From the NCBI GenBank assembly GCA_963712115.1, contig CAVQGX010000032.1, positions 1 to 64,000 on the forward strand: 64,000 nucleotides of DNA, read 5' to 3'. The stretch comes from an uncultured delta proteobacterium. GTDB lineage: Bacteria > Desulfobacterota > Syntrophobacteria > BM002. How positions within the stretch are numbered: the stretch's first letter is position 1; each line of letters starts with the position of its first letter. Positions 1-9,497 of the stretch are shown one piece after another. The notes below the pieces were generated by a model that was given only the letters and a program-made list of their open reading frames with translations, did not search any database and was not told where the DNA came from. Made by a program: the position numbers and the translations under genes.

Positions 1-224
1 ACGGCGCCTCGGCCTCATCCCCATAGTGACAAAAAGCCCATACTTTCCGGACTAACTGTCTCTTTTCCGCAACACCAGCCCATCGAGTCCCTTTATTCTG
101 TACCCTGGAATCGATTGGTAATAGTCCGGATTTTCATTAGCTGCTATAGATTTTCTATTTGAATTACGACCATATACAGCCACCAGCAAAGTTTCAATGC
201 CACTGATCTATGGATCCAGAACAA

Positions 225-241
225 TCGGCACGCTTATTGCT
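225..241 (+). promoter_or_regulatory. Sigma54 (RpoN)-type -24/-12 promoter upstream of the FAAL/SPT operon
   Basis: TCGGCACGCTTATTGCT fits YTGGCACG-N4-TTGCW with exact GG-N10-GC spacing, about 160 bp upstream of the ATG at 403. Confidence 0.65.
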
Positions 242-402
242 TTAGTAGCATATCTTCAAGAAAGATTCTTGATACACCTAAGTCAGCAAAGTGTTCGTAG
301 CGCAGATGACTGCAAAGGGGTTAGCTCGAAGTTGGACACCGAATCTTGTTGATGATACATCGCTGCATACAGTACTGAGCGTTCTTCGGAGAGATAATTG
401 AT

Positions 403-2208
403 ATGAACATGGAGGCTATCGAGGCAATGAAGGCTACGCCAACCCGGAACAACCTGCCGTTACGGCTTGCAGATTTTTCCACTTTAGCAGAGGCGCTGGA
501 CTACGCGGCCCAGGGTGAGACCGGATTCAATTTTTACACCGGCACGGGTAAGCTACATAGTGTGCTGCCATATGCGGACTTGCGGGAACAAGCGCAAACG
601 CTGGCGCGCCGTCTTCACAGTTTAGGTTTAGAACGTGGCGCGCGGGTCGCCCTCGTCGCCGATACAACCCCGGACTTCCATATCTTCTTCTTTGCCTGCC
701 AATACGCTGGACTGATACCCGTCCCTCTTACGGCCTCAATCCATTTAGGCGGTCACCAGGCCTACGTGGAGCAGTTGCGAAGATTACTGACCACCTGCCA
801 GGCGGAAGTCGCCATGGCCCCAGCTGATTTTCTCCCCTTTCTCTTAGAGGCTGCGGAGGGACTAAACTTACGTTTTGCTGGCGGTCCTGAAGTCTTTGCC
901 GAGTTACCGGAACAAGAAACTCAGCTACACCCGTCCCAGCCCAAGGAGATAGCTTACCTGCAGTATACTTCGGGAAGTACCCGGTTCCCCCGCGGAGTGG
1001 TCATCACCCAAGAGACAGTCTTGAGGAACCTGGCGGACATCGTCACGCACGGCGTCAAGATTCGACCTGGGGACCGCTGTGTTTCCTGGCTTCCCTACTA
1101 TCATGATATGGGGCTTGTCGGGCTGGTGTTGGCCCCGCTGGCGTCCCAGTTATCCGTTGATTACCTGAGCACCCGAGATTTTGCCATGCGTCCCCGGGTA
1201 TGGCTGAAGATGATGACGGAAACTCGAGCTACGCTCTCTTTAAGCCCGCCTTTCGGTTATGAGTTGTGCGTGCGTCGTCTGCGCAAAGAAGAGTCAGATA
1301 AATTCGACCTCAGCGCCTGGCGCGTGGCCGGTGTCGGTGCGGAAACCATTCGACCCGAACCTTTGACCCAGTTCGCCGAAATGCTTGCACCAAGCAATTT
1401 TGACAAGAATGCTTTTCTCGCTTGCTACGGTATGGCGGAATGCTCCCTGGCAGTGAGCCTTGCACCTCTTGCCCAGGGGCTGGAGGTGGACTGCGTGGAT
1501 GCGGAGCATCTTGCTGAACACCAAGAGGCGCTGCCTGTGAACGGCGGGAACGGCAAGTCTGCTGTTCGATCCAACCATTTTGTCAATTGCGGAGTGCCGT
1601 TGCCGGATTATGAAGTTGAGGTTCGAGGCAAACACGGACGAGCTCTGGCAGAACGACGCTGCGGGACTCTTTTCGTTCGGGGACCAAGCGTAATGTCCGG
1701 CTATTTTGGCGACCCGGAAGCAACTCAACAGGTTCTGTCGCCAGATGGCTGGCTCGACACCGGAGATCTCGGCTACCGGATTGGGAACTCCTTTGTTGTT
1801 ACTGGACGCGAGAAGGATTTAATCATTATTAATGGCCGAAATATCTGGCCACAGGATCTCGAGTACCTGGCTGAGCAGCAGACCGAAGTAAGGACAGGAG
1901 ATGCCTCGGCTTTCTCGGTTCCTGGGCCGGATGGCGAAGAAAAGGCCGTTTTAGTGATCCAGTGCCGCGTCTCAGATGTAATGAAACGTGCCAGCCTGAT
2001 GGAACGGTTGCATGGCCTAGTTCGCGAAGAATTGGGCATCGACTGTTTTATCGAGTTGGTACCTTCTCACACACTGCCCAGAACTTCCTCCGGGAAGTTG
2101 TCTCGCTCCGGGGCACGACAGGATTTTCTGAAACGAGTTAACTGGGCACAATTGCGGCAACCCCAACCATTGGATTTTGCCCGGGCTCTTGGCGAGAGAG
2201 CCGTATAG
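403..2208 (+). CDS. Fatty acyl-AMP ligase (FAAL; acyl-ACP synthetase for a dedicated ACP)
   Basis: 601 aa; [18 protein letters not shown]-binding motif, [30 protein letters not shown]; adjacent to ACP and SPT. Confidence 0.9.
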   Translation: MNMEAIEAMKATPTRNNLPLRLADFSTLAEALDYAAQGETGFNFYTGTGKLHSVLPYADLREQAQTLARRLHSLGLERGARVALVADTTPDFHIFFFACQYAGLIPVPLTASIHLGGHQAYVEQLRRLLTTCQAEVAMAPADFLPFLLEAAEGLNLRFAGGPEVFAELPEQETQLHPSQPKEIAYLQYTSGSTRFPRGVVITQETVLRNLADIVTHGVKIRPGDRCVSWLPYYHDMGLVGLVLAPLASQLSVDYLSTRDFAMRPRVWLKMMTETRATLSLSPPFGYELCVRRLRKEESDKFDLSAWRVAGVGAETIRPEPLTQFAEMLAPSNFDKNAFLACYGMAECSLAVSLAPLAQGLEVDCVDAEHLAEHQEALPVNGGNGKSAVRSNHFVNCGVPLPDYEVEVRGKHGRALAERRCGTLFVRGPSVMSGYFGDPEATQQVLSPDGWLDTGDLGYRIGNSFVVTGREKDLIIINGRNIWPQDLEYLAEQQTEVRTGDASAFSVPGPDGEEKAVLVIQCRVSDVMKRASLMERLHGLVREELGIDCFIELVPSHTLPRTSSGKLSRSGARQDFLKRVNWAQLRQPQPLDFARALGERAV

Positions 2209-2380
2209 TTCCAAGTTTTCACAGAGAGCGGCAAGACTCGCCAAGAAAAGGCGTAACCTTGCCCGGCCATGGAAGGTTTCGTCAAGACAGGGTGCGGGTG
2301 AAACGCATAGCGACCTAAATGATTTCGCTGTTTGACGTAAGTTTTGAAATTTTCAGGCTAGCGCCTGCTGGAACAGCTCA

Positions 2381-3316
2381 ATGTCGCGCACGATAGCCCT
2401 GACGGGGGCGACGGGATTCATCGGCGGCGTCCTAGCGCGGCGACTGGAAACCATTGGCTGGCAGATCCGAGCGCTTGTCCGTCCCGCATCGCTCGGTGCA
2501 CGTTACGCCGGAACTGCCACCCAGTGGATAGAAGGTGACCTTGAGGATCTTGACAGCCTGCGCCGCCTGGTAAATAATGATGTTTATGCCGTAGTACACT
2601 GCGCGGGTGCAGTGCGGGGTGCTTCTCAAGCGCAGTTTGATGGTGTGAATGTAGATGGCGTGGCAAGACTGGTGCAAGCAGCGAGAGAGCAGCACCGGGT
2701 GCCACGTTTTTTATTGATATCTTCTCTGGCGGCACGGGAGCCGCACTTATCTCCTTACGCTGCCAGCAAGCGGCAAGGTGAGGACACGCTCGCCGCGACT
2801 GCCGGTGATATGAATTGGGCAGTGCTGCGACCGTCCGCTGTCTACGGACCTGGAGACAAGGAACTGCTTCCCCTTTTTCGCTGGATCGGGCGAGGTATCG
2901 CTCCGATTCTCGGCTCCCGTAGTGCACGGTTTTCTTTACTATACGTGGAAGATCTGGCAGAATCCGTGGTGCAATGGCTGAATTCTGATACCAATGAGCG
3001 GCGCGCTTTTGAATTGCACGATGGGCACCCAGACGGTTATGCTTGGCATGATGTGGTTGATACTGTCGCTCGGCTCTATGACAGGCACGTGTTTCGCATA
3101 CAAGTGCCGGTGGTCATACTCCGATTGTTGGCCGGTCTGAACCTTGGAGCGGCGCAAATATTCGGATATGCGCCAATGCTCACGCCCGGGAAGGTCCGCG
3201 AGCTCAACCACTCCAACTGGGTGTGTGATAATGACGCCCTGACCCGCGAGACGGGCTGGGCGCCGCGAGTTTCGCTCGCCGAGGGGTTGCAGCGCACTCT
3301 GAGACTGGGCGGCTGA
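2381..3316 (+). CDS. NAD-dependent epimerase/dehydratase (extended SDR), likely CerR-like ceramide reductase
   Basis: TGATGFIG Rossmann motif, ISSLAA, YAASK catalytic motif, RPSAVYGPGD; sits between FAAL and ACP-SPT as in alphaproteobacterial sphingolipid clusters. Confidence 0.75.
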   Translation: MSRTIALTGATGFIGGVLARRLETIGWQIRALVRPASLGARYAGTATQWIEGDLEDLDSLRRLVNNDVYAVVHCAGAVRGASQAQFDGVNVDGVARLVQAAREQHRVPRFLLISSLAAREPHLSPYAASKRQGEDTLAATAGDMNWAVLRPSAVYGPGDKELLPLFRWIGRGIAPILGSRSARFSLLYVEDLAESVVQWLNSDTNERRAFELHDGHPDGYAWHDVVDTVARLYDRHVFRIQVPVVILRLLAGLNLGAAQIFGYAPMLTPGKVRELNHSNWVCDNDALTRETGWAPRVSLAEGLQRTLRLGG

Positions 3317-3364
3317 TGCCGTGAGTGTTCCCACAACCCGAGAAAATGAGTTAAGGTAGAATTG

Positions 3365-3616
3365 ATGAAAGGTTATGAAGAAATCTTGGCAGTGCTTTAC
3401 GAGAGGCTGAAGCCGTCCGTCAAGGCTGGCCGGAAGCTTGAAGAAGATACGGATCTAGTGGCTGATCTTGGCCTCGATTCTTTGAAGGTAATGACCCTGG
3501 TGGAGGAGGTAGAGGACTACTTCGATATCTCCATCCCATTGAACATCCTCGCCAACGTGCGCACCATCAAAGACTTTGCCACCCAACTCCAACAGCTAAC
3601 AGAGGAAGGACAATAA
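3365..3616 (+). CDS. Acyl carrier protein (dedicated)
   Basis: About 83 aa acidic protein with DLGLDSL phosphopantetheine site; stop overlaps the SPT start (TAATG). Confidence 0.92.
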   Translation: MKGYEEILAVLYERLKPSVKAGRKLEEDTDLVADLGLDSLKVMTLVEEVEDYFDISIPLNILANVRTIKDFATQLQQLTEEGQ

Positions 3617-4818
3617 TGGCCATTTTTGACAAATTCCAGCATATTGTTGAGGCCCTCCAAGAATTGGCGGAAAGTGGAGTCGACACCATCAATGTAGTCA
3701 TGGAGCAGATTATCTCGCCCACCGAGGCAATGATAAATGGCCGTCATACGATTCTTGCTGGCACCAACAACTATTTGGGGCTTACATTTGATCCCGACTG
3801 TATCGACGCAGCCTGCAAGGCTATTCATGACCAGGGCACCGGCACCACCGGTTCGAGAATGGCCAACGGCACGTACGCCGGCCATGTGGCACTGGAGCAC
3901 GATTTGGCAGATTTCTTCGGCTGTCGTGGCACTATAGTTTTTTCCACCGGGTATGTGGCCAACCTAGGCGTGCTGGCGGCCCTGGCTGGTCCTGAAGATG
4001 TCATCCTCTTGGATGCCGACTGTCATGCAAGTATCTACGATGGCTGCCGATTGGGTGGCGCTGACGTAATACGTTTTCGCCATAATGACGTGAATGACCT
4101 GGAAAAGCGGCTGAAACGACTAGGAGAACGGACAGAGAATGCACTGATCCTGGTGGAAGGTATTTACAGCATGTTGGGAGACCGCGCACCTTTGGCGGAC
4201 ATTGCAGCGGTAAAGAATAAATACGGTGCCTATCTGCTCGTAGACGAGGCACATTCTGTGGGTGTGCTCGGTGAAAATGGCCGTGGCCTTGCAGAGGAGG
4301 CCGGGGTGGAGGACAGTGTGGATTTCATCGTCGGCACCTTCAGCAAAAGCCTAGGTTCAATCGGGGGCTACTGTGCGAGTAACCATCCCGAGTTGGAGTT
4401 GATCCGCTACGCCAGTAGACCATACATATTTACTGCATCGCCCTCCCCTTCTATCATTGCCTCAACTCGTGCTGCCTTGGCCGCTCTGCGCGCCCGTCCT
4501 GAGTTGCGCCAAAGACTGTGGGATAACGCCCGCAGATTATATCAGCGGCTGCAAGAGATGGGATTCGTTTTAGGCCCGGAGCCCAGCCCGATTGTGGCCA
4601 TCCGGTTGGGGAGTAAAGCGGAGGCCCTCAGCCTCTGGACCGGGCTTCTGGAACACGGAGTGTACGTCAACATGGTTCTGCCCCCAGCTACACCTGATAA
4701 TTTCCCCCTGCTCCGTTGTAGCATGAGCGCTGGTCATTCAACGGAACAGGTGGAGCGAATTTGCCAGGCATTTGAGGAGGGTCATCGGAACATGACGCTG
4801 GCGTCGCGAACAGCCTGA
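3616..4818 (+). CDS. spt: Serine palmitoyltransferase (alpha-oxoamine synthase family)
   Basis: GTNNYLGL, GTTGSRMANGT, DADCHASIYDG, VDEAHS, GTFSKS (PLP lysine), YIFTAS, PPATP..LLRCS, which resemble Sphingomonas-type SPT more than BioF/Kbl; ACP/FAAL/reductase context. Confidence 0.82.
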   Translation: MAIFDKFQHIVEALQELAESGVDTINVVMEQIISPTEAMINGRHTILAGTNNYLGLTFDPDCIDAACKAIHDQGTGTTGSRMANGTYAGHVALEHDLADFFGCRGTIVFSTGYVANLGVLAALAGPEDVILLDADCHASIYDGCRLGGADVIRFRHNDVNDLEKRLKRLGERTENALILVEGIYSMLGDRAPLADIAAVKNKYGAYLLVDEAHSVGVLGENGRGLAEEAGVEDSVDFIVGTFSKSLGSIGGYCASNHPELELIRYASRPYIFTASPSPSIIASTRAALAALRARPELRQRLWDNARRLYQRLQEMGFVLGPEPSPIVAIRLGSKAEALSLWTGLLEHGVYVNMVLPPATPDNFPLLRCSMSAGHSTEQVERICQAFEEGHRNMTLASRTA

Positions 4819-4874
4819 GAGGACTGAACCTTTAGAAGCATTGGTATAGGTGAGATTCAAAGGTATTTAGCCAT

Positions 4875-6617
4875 ATGCGTTTACTGATTTCCCTAGCTCG
4901 CAAGTATCCCTGGCAAAGCGTTATCATGCTTCTCTCTCTTTTGTTAGCAGGAGTGGCCGAGGGGATCGGTCTGTCTGCCCTTCTTCCCTTGATCTCCATT
5001 GCCATCGGTAAACAAACTGGGGTTCAGGGGGGTACTTTTGCAGGTGGCTCAGGCCTGGAGCGGACGGTAAGCGAGACACTTTCAGCCATAGGTCTGAGCC
5101 CCACCCTCGGTGTATTGCTCACTGTGATCACCCTCGCTATAGTGCTGAAAGGTGTGCTGTTACTCTTGGCCAAAAAGCGGATTGGTTACACAGTCGCCCA
5201 AGTCGCTACTGACCTGCGTCTTTCCCTGCTCCGCGCACTCCTGGTCACCAAATGGGAGTACTTCATTCGTCAGCCCGTTGGCGTGCTCAGCAACGCCATA
5301 GCAACCGAGGCAAATCGGACGTCGAAGGCTTACTCGTGCGGGATCAACATGATCGCCCTACTCGTGCAGGCACTAATATACGCTTGTGTGGCCTTGCTCG
5401 TATCTTGGCGGGCAACCCTCCTTGCCATAGCCGCGGGCGTATTCCTGGTTTACATATTGAGCCATCTGGTCAAGAAAGCACGGCGAGCCGGTTTCCGCCA
5501 AACCGAATTAATGAAATCATTACTTACACATCTCACTGATACTCTGTTGTCGATTAAGCCTCTAAAAGCTATGGCTCGTGAAAGCCGGGCGGACGCCCTG
5601 TTGGAAAAGAAAACCAACCGGTTGAACAAAGCACTACGAAAGGAAGTTCTCACCAACGAGACCTTAAAAGCATCACAGGAGCCATTACTTATAGTTTTCG
5701 CAGCAATTGGCCTGTACGGTGCCCTCATTTACTGGCATATGACATTAGCAAGGGTGATGGTGCTGACATTTCTACTTGTTCGGGTGGTAAGACAGCTAAG
5801 CAAAGTCCAAGAGCAGTATCAACAGATGGCGATCCTTGAAAGCGCATATTGGTCACTAAAAGAAACTATCCATGAGGCGGAAAGGGCGCATGAGCCAGCG
5901 CTCGGTTCAGAGATCCCCTCCCTAAACCATGGAATTCGCTTGGATCGGGTTAGTTTTGCCTACGACCAAGAATTGGTGCTCCGGGATGCTTCTTTTGATT
6001 TTCCTTCCGGATTATTTACCGCAATCGTCGGCCCTTCAGGGGTGGGAAAAACAACTGTGGTGGATCTGTTAATGGGCTTGCTCCGACCTCAGGAAGGGGA
6101 AATATTTATCGACGACTTGCCCCTTGCTAAAGTCAATCTGAAAAGCTGGCGGAAAGTGATCGGCTATGTCCCCCAAGAGACCTTGCTGCTTCACGATACT
6201 ATTCTGATTAACGTTACACTCGGGGATCCTGATTTGACTGAGATAGACGCAGAGCAGGCATTACGGGCCGCGGAAGCTTGGGAGTTTGTAACGGCCATGC
6301 CACGTGGTATGCACAGCACCGTGGGTGAGCGTGGAAGTATGTTATCCGGGGGACAGCGGCAGCGCATTGCAATCGCCAGGGCTCTGGTACACAAACCGAA
6401 GCTGCTGATACTAGACGAGCCCACCAGTGCACTGGATCCCGAGAGCGAAGCAGCTATATGCAAGACTTTGGGCCAGCTGCGAGGGAGGGGGATAACGATC
6501 CTGGCTATTTCACATCAACCAAGAATAATGGATGTAGCAGACAGGGCTTATGAGTTGCAGAACGGCAAGGCTTTTGTGGTGCAGGACCACAAGCTTGCAA
6601 GCGTACATTCGGGGTAA
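4875..6617 (+). CDS. ABC exporter, fused TMD+NBD (MsbA/PglK-like glycolipid flippase)
   Basis: N-terminal TM helices; GPSGVGKT Walker A, LSGGQRQR signature, LLILDEPT Walker B. Confidence 0.85.
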   Translation: MRLLISLARKYPWQSVIMLLSLLLAGVAEGIGLSALLPLISIAIGKQTGVQGGTFAGGSGLERTVSETLSAIGLSPTLGVLLTVITLAIVLKGVLLLLAKKRIGYTVAQVATDLRLSLLRALLVTKWEYFIRQPVGVLSNAIATEANRTSKAYSCGINMIALLVQALIYACVALLVSWRATLLAIAAGVFLVYILSHLVKKARRAGFRQTELMKSLLTHLTDTLLSIKPLKAMARESRADALLEKKTNRLNKALRKEVLTNETLKASQEPLLIVFAAIGLYGALIYWHMTLARVMVLTFLLVRVVRQLSKVQEQYQQMAILESAYWSLKETIHEAERAHEPALGSEIPSLNHGIRLDRVSFAYDQELVLRDASFDFPSGLFTAIVGPSGVGKTTVVDLLMGLLRPQEGEIFIDDLPLAKVNLKSWRKVIGYVPQETLLLHDTILINVTLGDPDLTEIDAEQALRAAEAWEFVTAMPRGMHSTVGERGSMLSGGQRQRIAIARALVHKPKLLILDEPTSALDPESEAAICKTLGQLRGRGITILAISHQPRIMDVADRAYELQNGKAFVVQDHKLASVHSG

Positions 6618-6726
6618 GCAGAGGTTGAATCTGAGATAGTGGTGGATCTGAGACAGCGATTTTTGAGAAGTTTGGACTGAAGCATAAGATGAAATCTTCG
6701 TGGAATGATAACCCGAGTTTAAAGGT

Positions 6727-8127
6727 ATGAAAAGGAAACTACAACTCCTCATCCCAGTGGAAAACCAGGTACGGGAGTTTGATGCCAAGCTTCTGCTTGC
6801 CTTTATTGCAGCAAAACGAGGATTTTCTTCAGTAATCGGTTCCCGACGAGAGATGGAATTTCGCATCGCTTCCTTTCCACGGAGTCTATATCTCTCCAAG
6901 AGTATGACGATCCGAAGCGCCCTATTGTTTAAAGTTGCTCACAAGGTAGGCCACCATATAGTTGCATGGGACGAGGAAGCTCTCGTTCATCTGCCACCCG
7001 AAACCTATTTCTCGGATCGACTCTCTCCAGCATCCATCCGCTACGTATCTCACCTGCTCGCCTGGGGACAAGGCAACGCCAACTTGTGGCGACAATATCC
7101 CAATCTACCAAACGGTATTCCCATCCATCTCACCGGAAATCCGCGGGTTGACATGCTTCGGCCTGAGATGCGTCCCTTTTTTGCAGAAGATGTGGAGAAG
7201 ATTCGGAAAAGTTGCGGAAATTTTATCCTGGTAAACACCAATTTCAACCACGTAAATGCCTTTTCTCCGGAGATGAATCTTTTCAAGCCTGTCAAGAAAC
7301 CCGGGGAAACGCCCAAGTTCGGACGGGGCGCCAGGGGCATGAGCCGCGAGTTTGCCGAGGGATTGAGGGATCACAAGCAAGCTGTTTTCCAAAACTTCCA
7401 GCAGCTTGTCCCTGCCGTCGAGCGATCATTTCCGGAGTACACCATTATCGTCCGGCCTCATCCCACAGAAAACCAGGAAGTCTATCGCAATATAGCTGCA
7501 CAGTGCAAGCGAGTGCAGGTAACCAACGAGGGCAACGTGGTGCCCTGGATTTTGGCCTCGAAGGCGGTCATTCACAATGGCTGCACCACCGGTTTAGAGG
7601 CATACGTTATGGGGGTGCCAGCCATTTCTTACAGGAAAACAGTCAACGATGTCTATGACTTGGGCTTTTATCGCTTGCCCAATTTGCTCAGTCACCAGTG
7701 CTTCGATTTCGAAGAGTTGCATGCAACCCTTGGCAATATTCTTGCTGGCAAGCTTGGGCCTGCCGATGGAGCTGAGCGCCAAGAACTGGTGAACCACTAC
7801 ATGGTAGCCCTAGAAGGCCCTCTCGCCTGCGAGAGAATCGTCGATACCTGCGAGCAGATTTCTAATGATAGGGCAGGACTGCGAAAACCAGCTTTGCGGC
7901 ATCGGCTGAATCGCTGGTACCTCGCAAAGGGACTTGGTTTAGCAAACCGTTACAAATCACACCTTCCAGGTGAATTTAATAAACCTGCTTTCCAGCGCCA
8001 TCGCTATCCGGGAGTTTCCATTGAAGAGTTGCGTGCTCGACTCTCGCGATTTCAGCATATACTAGGATACAGCGAAAAGCTGAAGGTGGAAGAAATATCT
8101 GATCAGATTTTTCAGATCAGCTCTTAA
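6727..8127 (+). CDS. Surface carbohydrate biosynthesis protein (GT-B-like, putative CMP-ulosonate transferase), paralog 1
   Basis: LIPVENQVRE, WDEEAL, TGNPR, ILVNTNF, VRPHPTE, IHNGCTTGLEA motifs; three further paralogs in the window; directly upstream of neuB/neuA-like genes. Confidence 0.65.
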   Translation: MKRKLQLLIPVENQVREFDAKLLLAFIAAKRGFSSVIGSRREMEFRIASFPRSLYLSKSMTIRSALLFKVAHKVGHHIVAWDEEALVHLPPETYFSDRLSPASIRYVSHLLAWGQGNANLWRQYPNLPNGIPIHLTGNPRVDMLRPEMRPFFAEDVEKIRKSCGNFILVNTNFNHVNAFSPEMNLFKPVKKPGETPKFGRGARGMSREFAEGLRDHKQAVFQNFQQLVPAVERSFPEYTIIVRPHPTENQEVYRNIAAQCKRVQVTNEGNVVPWILASKAVIHNGCTTGLEAYVMGVPAISYRKTVNDVYDLGFYRLPNLLSHQCFDFEELHATLGNILAGKLGPADGAERQELVNHYMVALEGPLACERIVDTCEQISNDRAGLRKPALRHRLNRWYLAKGLGLANRYKSHLPGEFNKPAFQRHRYPGVSIEELRARLSRFQHILGYSEKLKVEEISDQIFQISS

Positions 8128-8149
8128 GAGGTTTCGGGAGGACTTAAAG

Positions 8150-8335
8150 AACCACAGAGGACCTTGCTGAGGCAAAGGGCATAGAGCAAATGACATAAAG
8201 CTTAGGCACAATTCGAATTTGCGATTTGAAAATTCGCAATTGTCCTTCGGACTCCCACCCTTCGGGCGGGTTCCCAGTTTCGCAATCCGAAATTCCAAAT
8301 TATTAGCCTTTGTGATCTTTGTGAACTTTGTGGTA
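8150..8335. repeat. Nested intergenic repeat element (9-bp periodic inverted ends, 7-bp repeats, internal hairpin insert)
   Basis: AACCACAGAG...CTTTGTGATCTTTGTGAACTTTGTGGT ends; heptamer tracts ATTCGAATTTGCGATTTG / TTCGCAATCCGAAATTCCAAAT; insert 8241-8278 flanked by TTCGCAAT. Confidence 0.75.
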
Positions 8336-8420
8336 AAAAACAAGCCTATCAGTTGGGAAGGGGAAAAACCCGTTTGGGTAAAAACCAGTTGGGGTTTGGA
8401 TTTGAGAAGGAGGAATATCG

Positions 8421-9497
8421 ATGAGAAAACTGGTAATAGACGGAAAAACTATTACAGATGATGGCGATTGTTACGTTATTGCCGAAGTTGGACACAACCA
8501 CCAGGGGAAGCTCGAAACAGCCAAAGAGATGTTTCGGGTTGCCAAGGATTGCGGCGCTGATGCAGTCAAATTGCAGAAGCGAGATAATCGTCAGCTTTAT
8601 ACCCAAGCAGGATATGACAAGCCTTACGACCACGAAAACAGCTTTGGTCTTACCTATGGTGAGCACCGAGAAGCGCTGGAATTCGGCTGGGATGAATATA
8701 ATGAACTGATGGCCTATGCCAAAGAAATTGGGATCACCATGTTTGCAACAGCCTTTGACATTCCAAGTGGTGATTTTTTGGCGAAGCTTGACGTCCCGGC
8801 CTTTAAAGTGGCCTCAGGTGATCTAAAGAGTATTCCTCTTTTGACCTATATCGCTAAATTCCAAAAACCCATGATTCTCAGTACTGGCGGCGGAACCATG
8901 GAAGATGTCCATAGGGCCTATGATGCCATTATGCCCATTAACCAGCAACTTTGCATTCTGCAGTGCACCGCAGGATATCCGGCAGCTTTTGATGAGCTTA
9001 ATTTGAGGGTTATCACCAGTTTCAGAGAGCGCTTTCCCGACACTATCATTGGACTGTCCTCCCATGACAATGGGATCGCCATGGCAGTGGTGGGATATAT
9101 GTTGGGAGCAAGAGTTATCGAGAAACACTTCACCCTCAATCACACCTGGAAAGGCACCGACCATGCATTTTCTCTGGAGCCCATAGGGCTGAAGAAAATG
9201 GTTCGCGATTTGCGCAGGACGAGAATGGCCATGGGTGATGGCGTTAAGAAAGTTTACCAGACTGAGGTGAACCCCATAATCAAAATGGGTAAAAAGCTGG
9301 TAGCGGCGCGGGATTTGCCCGCAGGCCACGCTCTTAGGCGCGAAGATATTACCCTCAAGTCACCTGGCGACGGTCTGCCACCCTACGAATTGGACAAGGT
9401 AATAGGTCGGGTAACCCGTGGCCCTTTAAACAAAGATGATGACATCACCTTTGAGGTATTAAATGGATCAGAGGGCTGGGTGGAGGCCGCATCTTGA
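8421..9497 (+). CDS. neuB: NeuB-family ulosonic acid (PEP-condensing) synthase with C-terminal SAF domain
   Basis: IAEVGHNHQG, DAVKLQKR, KVASGD, ILSTG, SSHDNG, IEKHFTL, KSPGDGLPP. Confidence 0.88.
   Translation: MRKLVIDGKTITDDGDCYVIAEVGHNHQGKLETAKEMFRVAKDCGADAVKLQKRDNRQLYTQAGYDKPYDHENSFGLTYGEHREALEFGWDEYNELMAYAKEIGITMFATAFDIPSGDFLAKLDVPAFKVASGDLKSIPLLTYIAKFQKPMILSTGGGTMEDVHRAYDAIMPINQQLCILQCTAGYPAAFDELNLRVITSFRERFPDTIIGLSSHDNGIAMAVVGYMLGARVIEKHFTLNHTWKGTDHAFSLEPIGLKKMVRDLRRTRMAMGDGVKKVYQTEVNPIIKMGKKLVAARDLPAGHALRREDITLKSPGDGLPPYELDKVIGRVTRGPLNKDDDITFEVLNGSEGWVEAAS

Noticed and set aside
1-175. Possible divergent gene (e.g. bCerS) starting at the left edge
   Set aside because: The minus-strand ATGs I checked hit stops quickly; no supportable coding signal within the window
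3616-4818. Annotation as BioF (8-amino-7-oxononanoate synthase) or Kbl
   Set aside because: No bio or tdh genes are nearby, and the ACP/FAAL/reductase context and motifs fit SPT better
8219-8461. Short ORFs over repeat regions (8062-8343, 8219-8461, 23655-23918, 42560-42799, 47711-47896, 56153-56365)
   Set aside because: They are translations of repeat/MITE DNA, with low-complexity products and no recognisable domains
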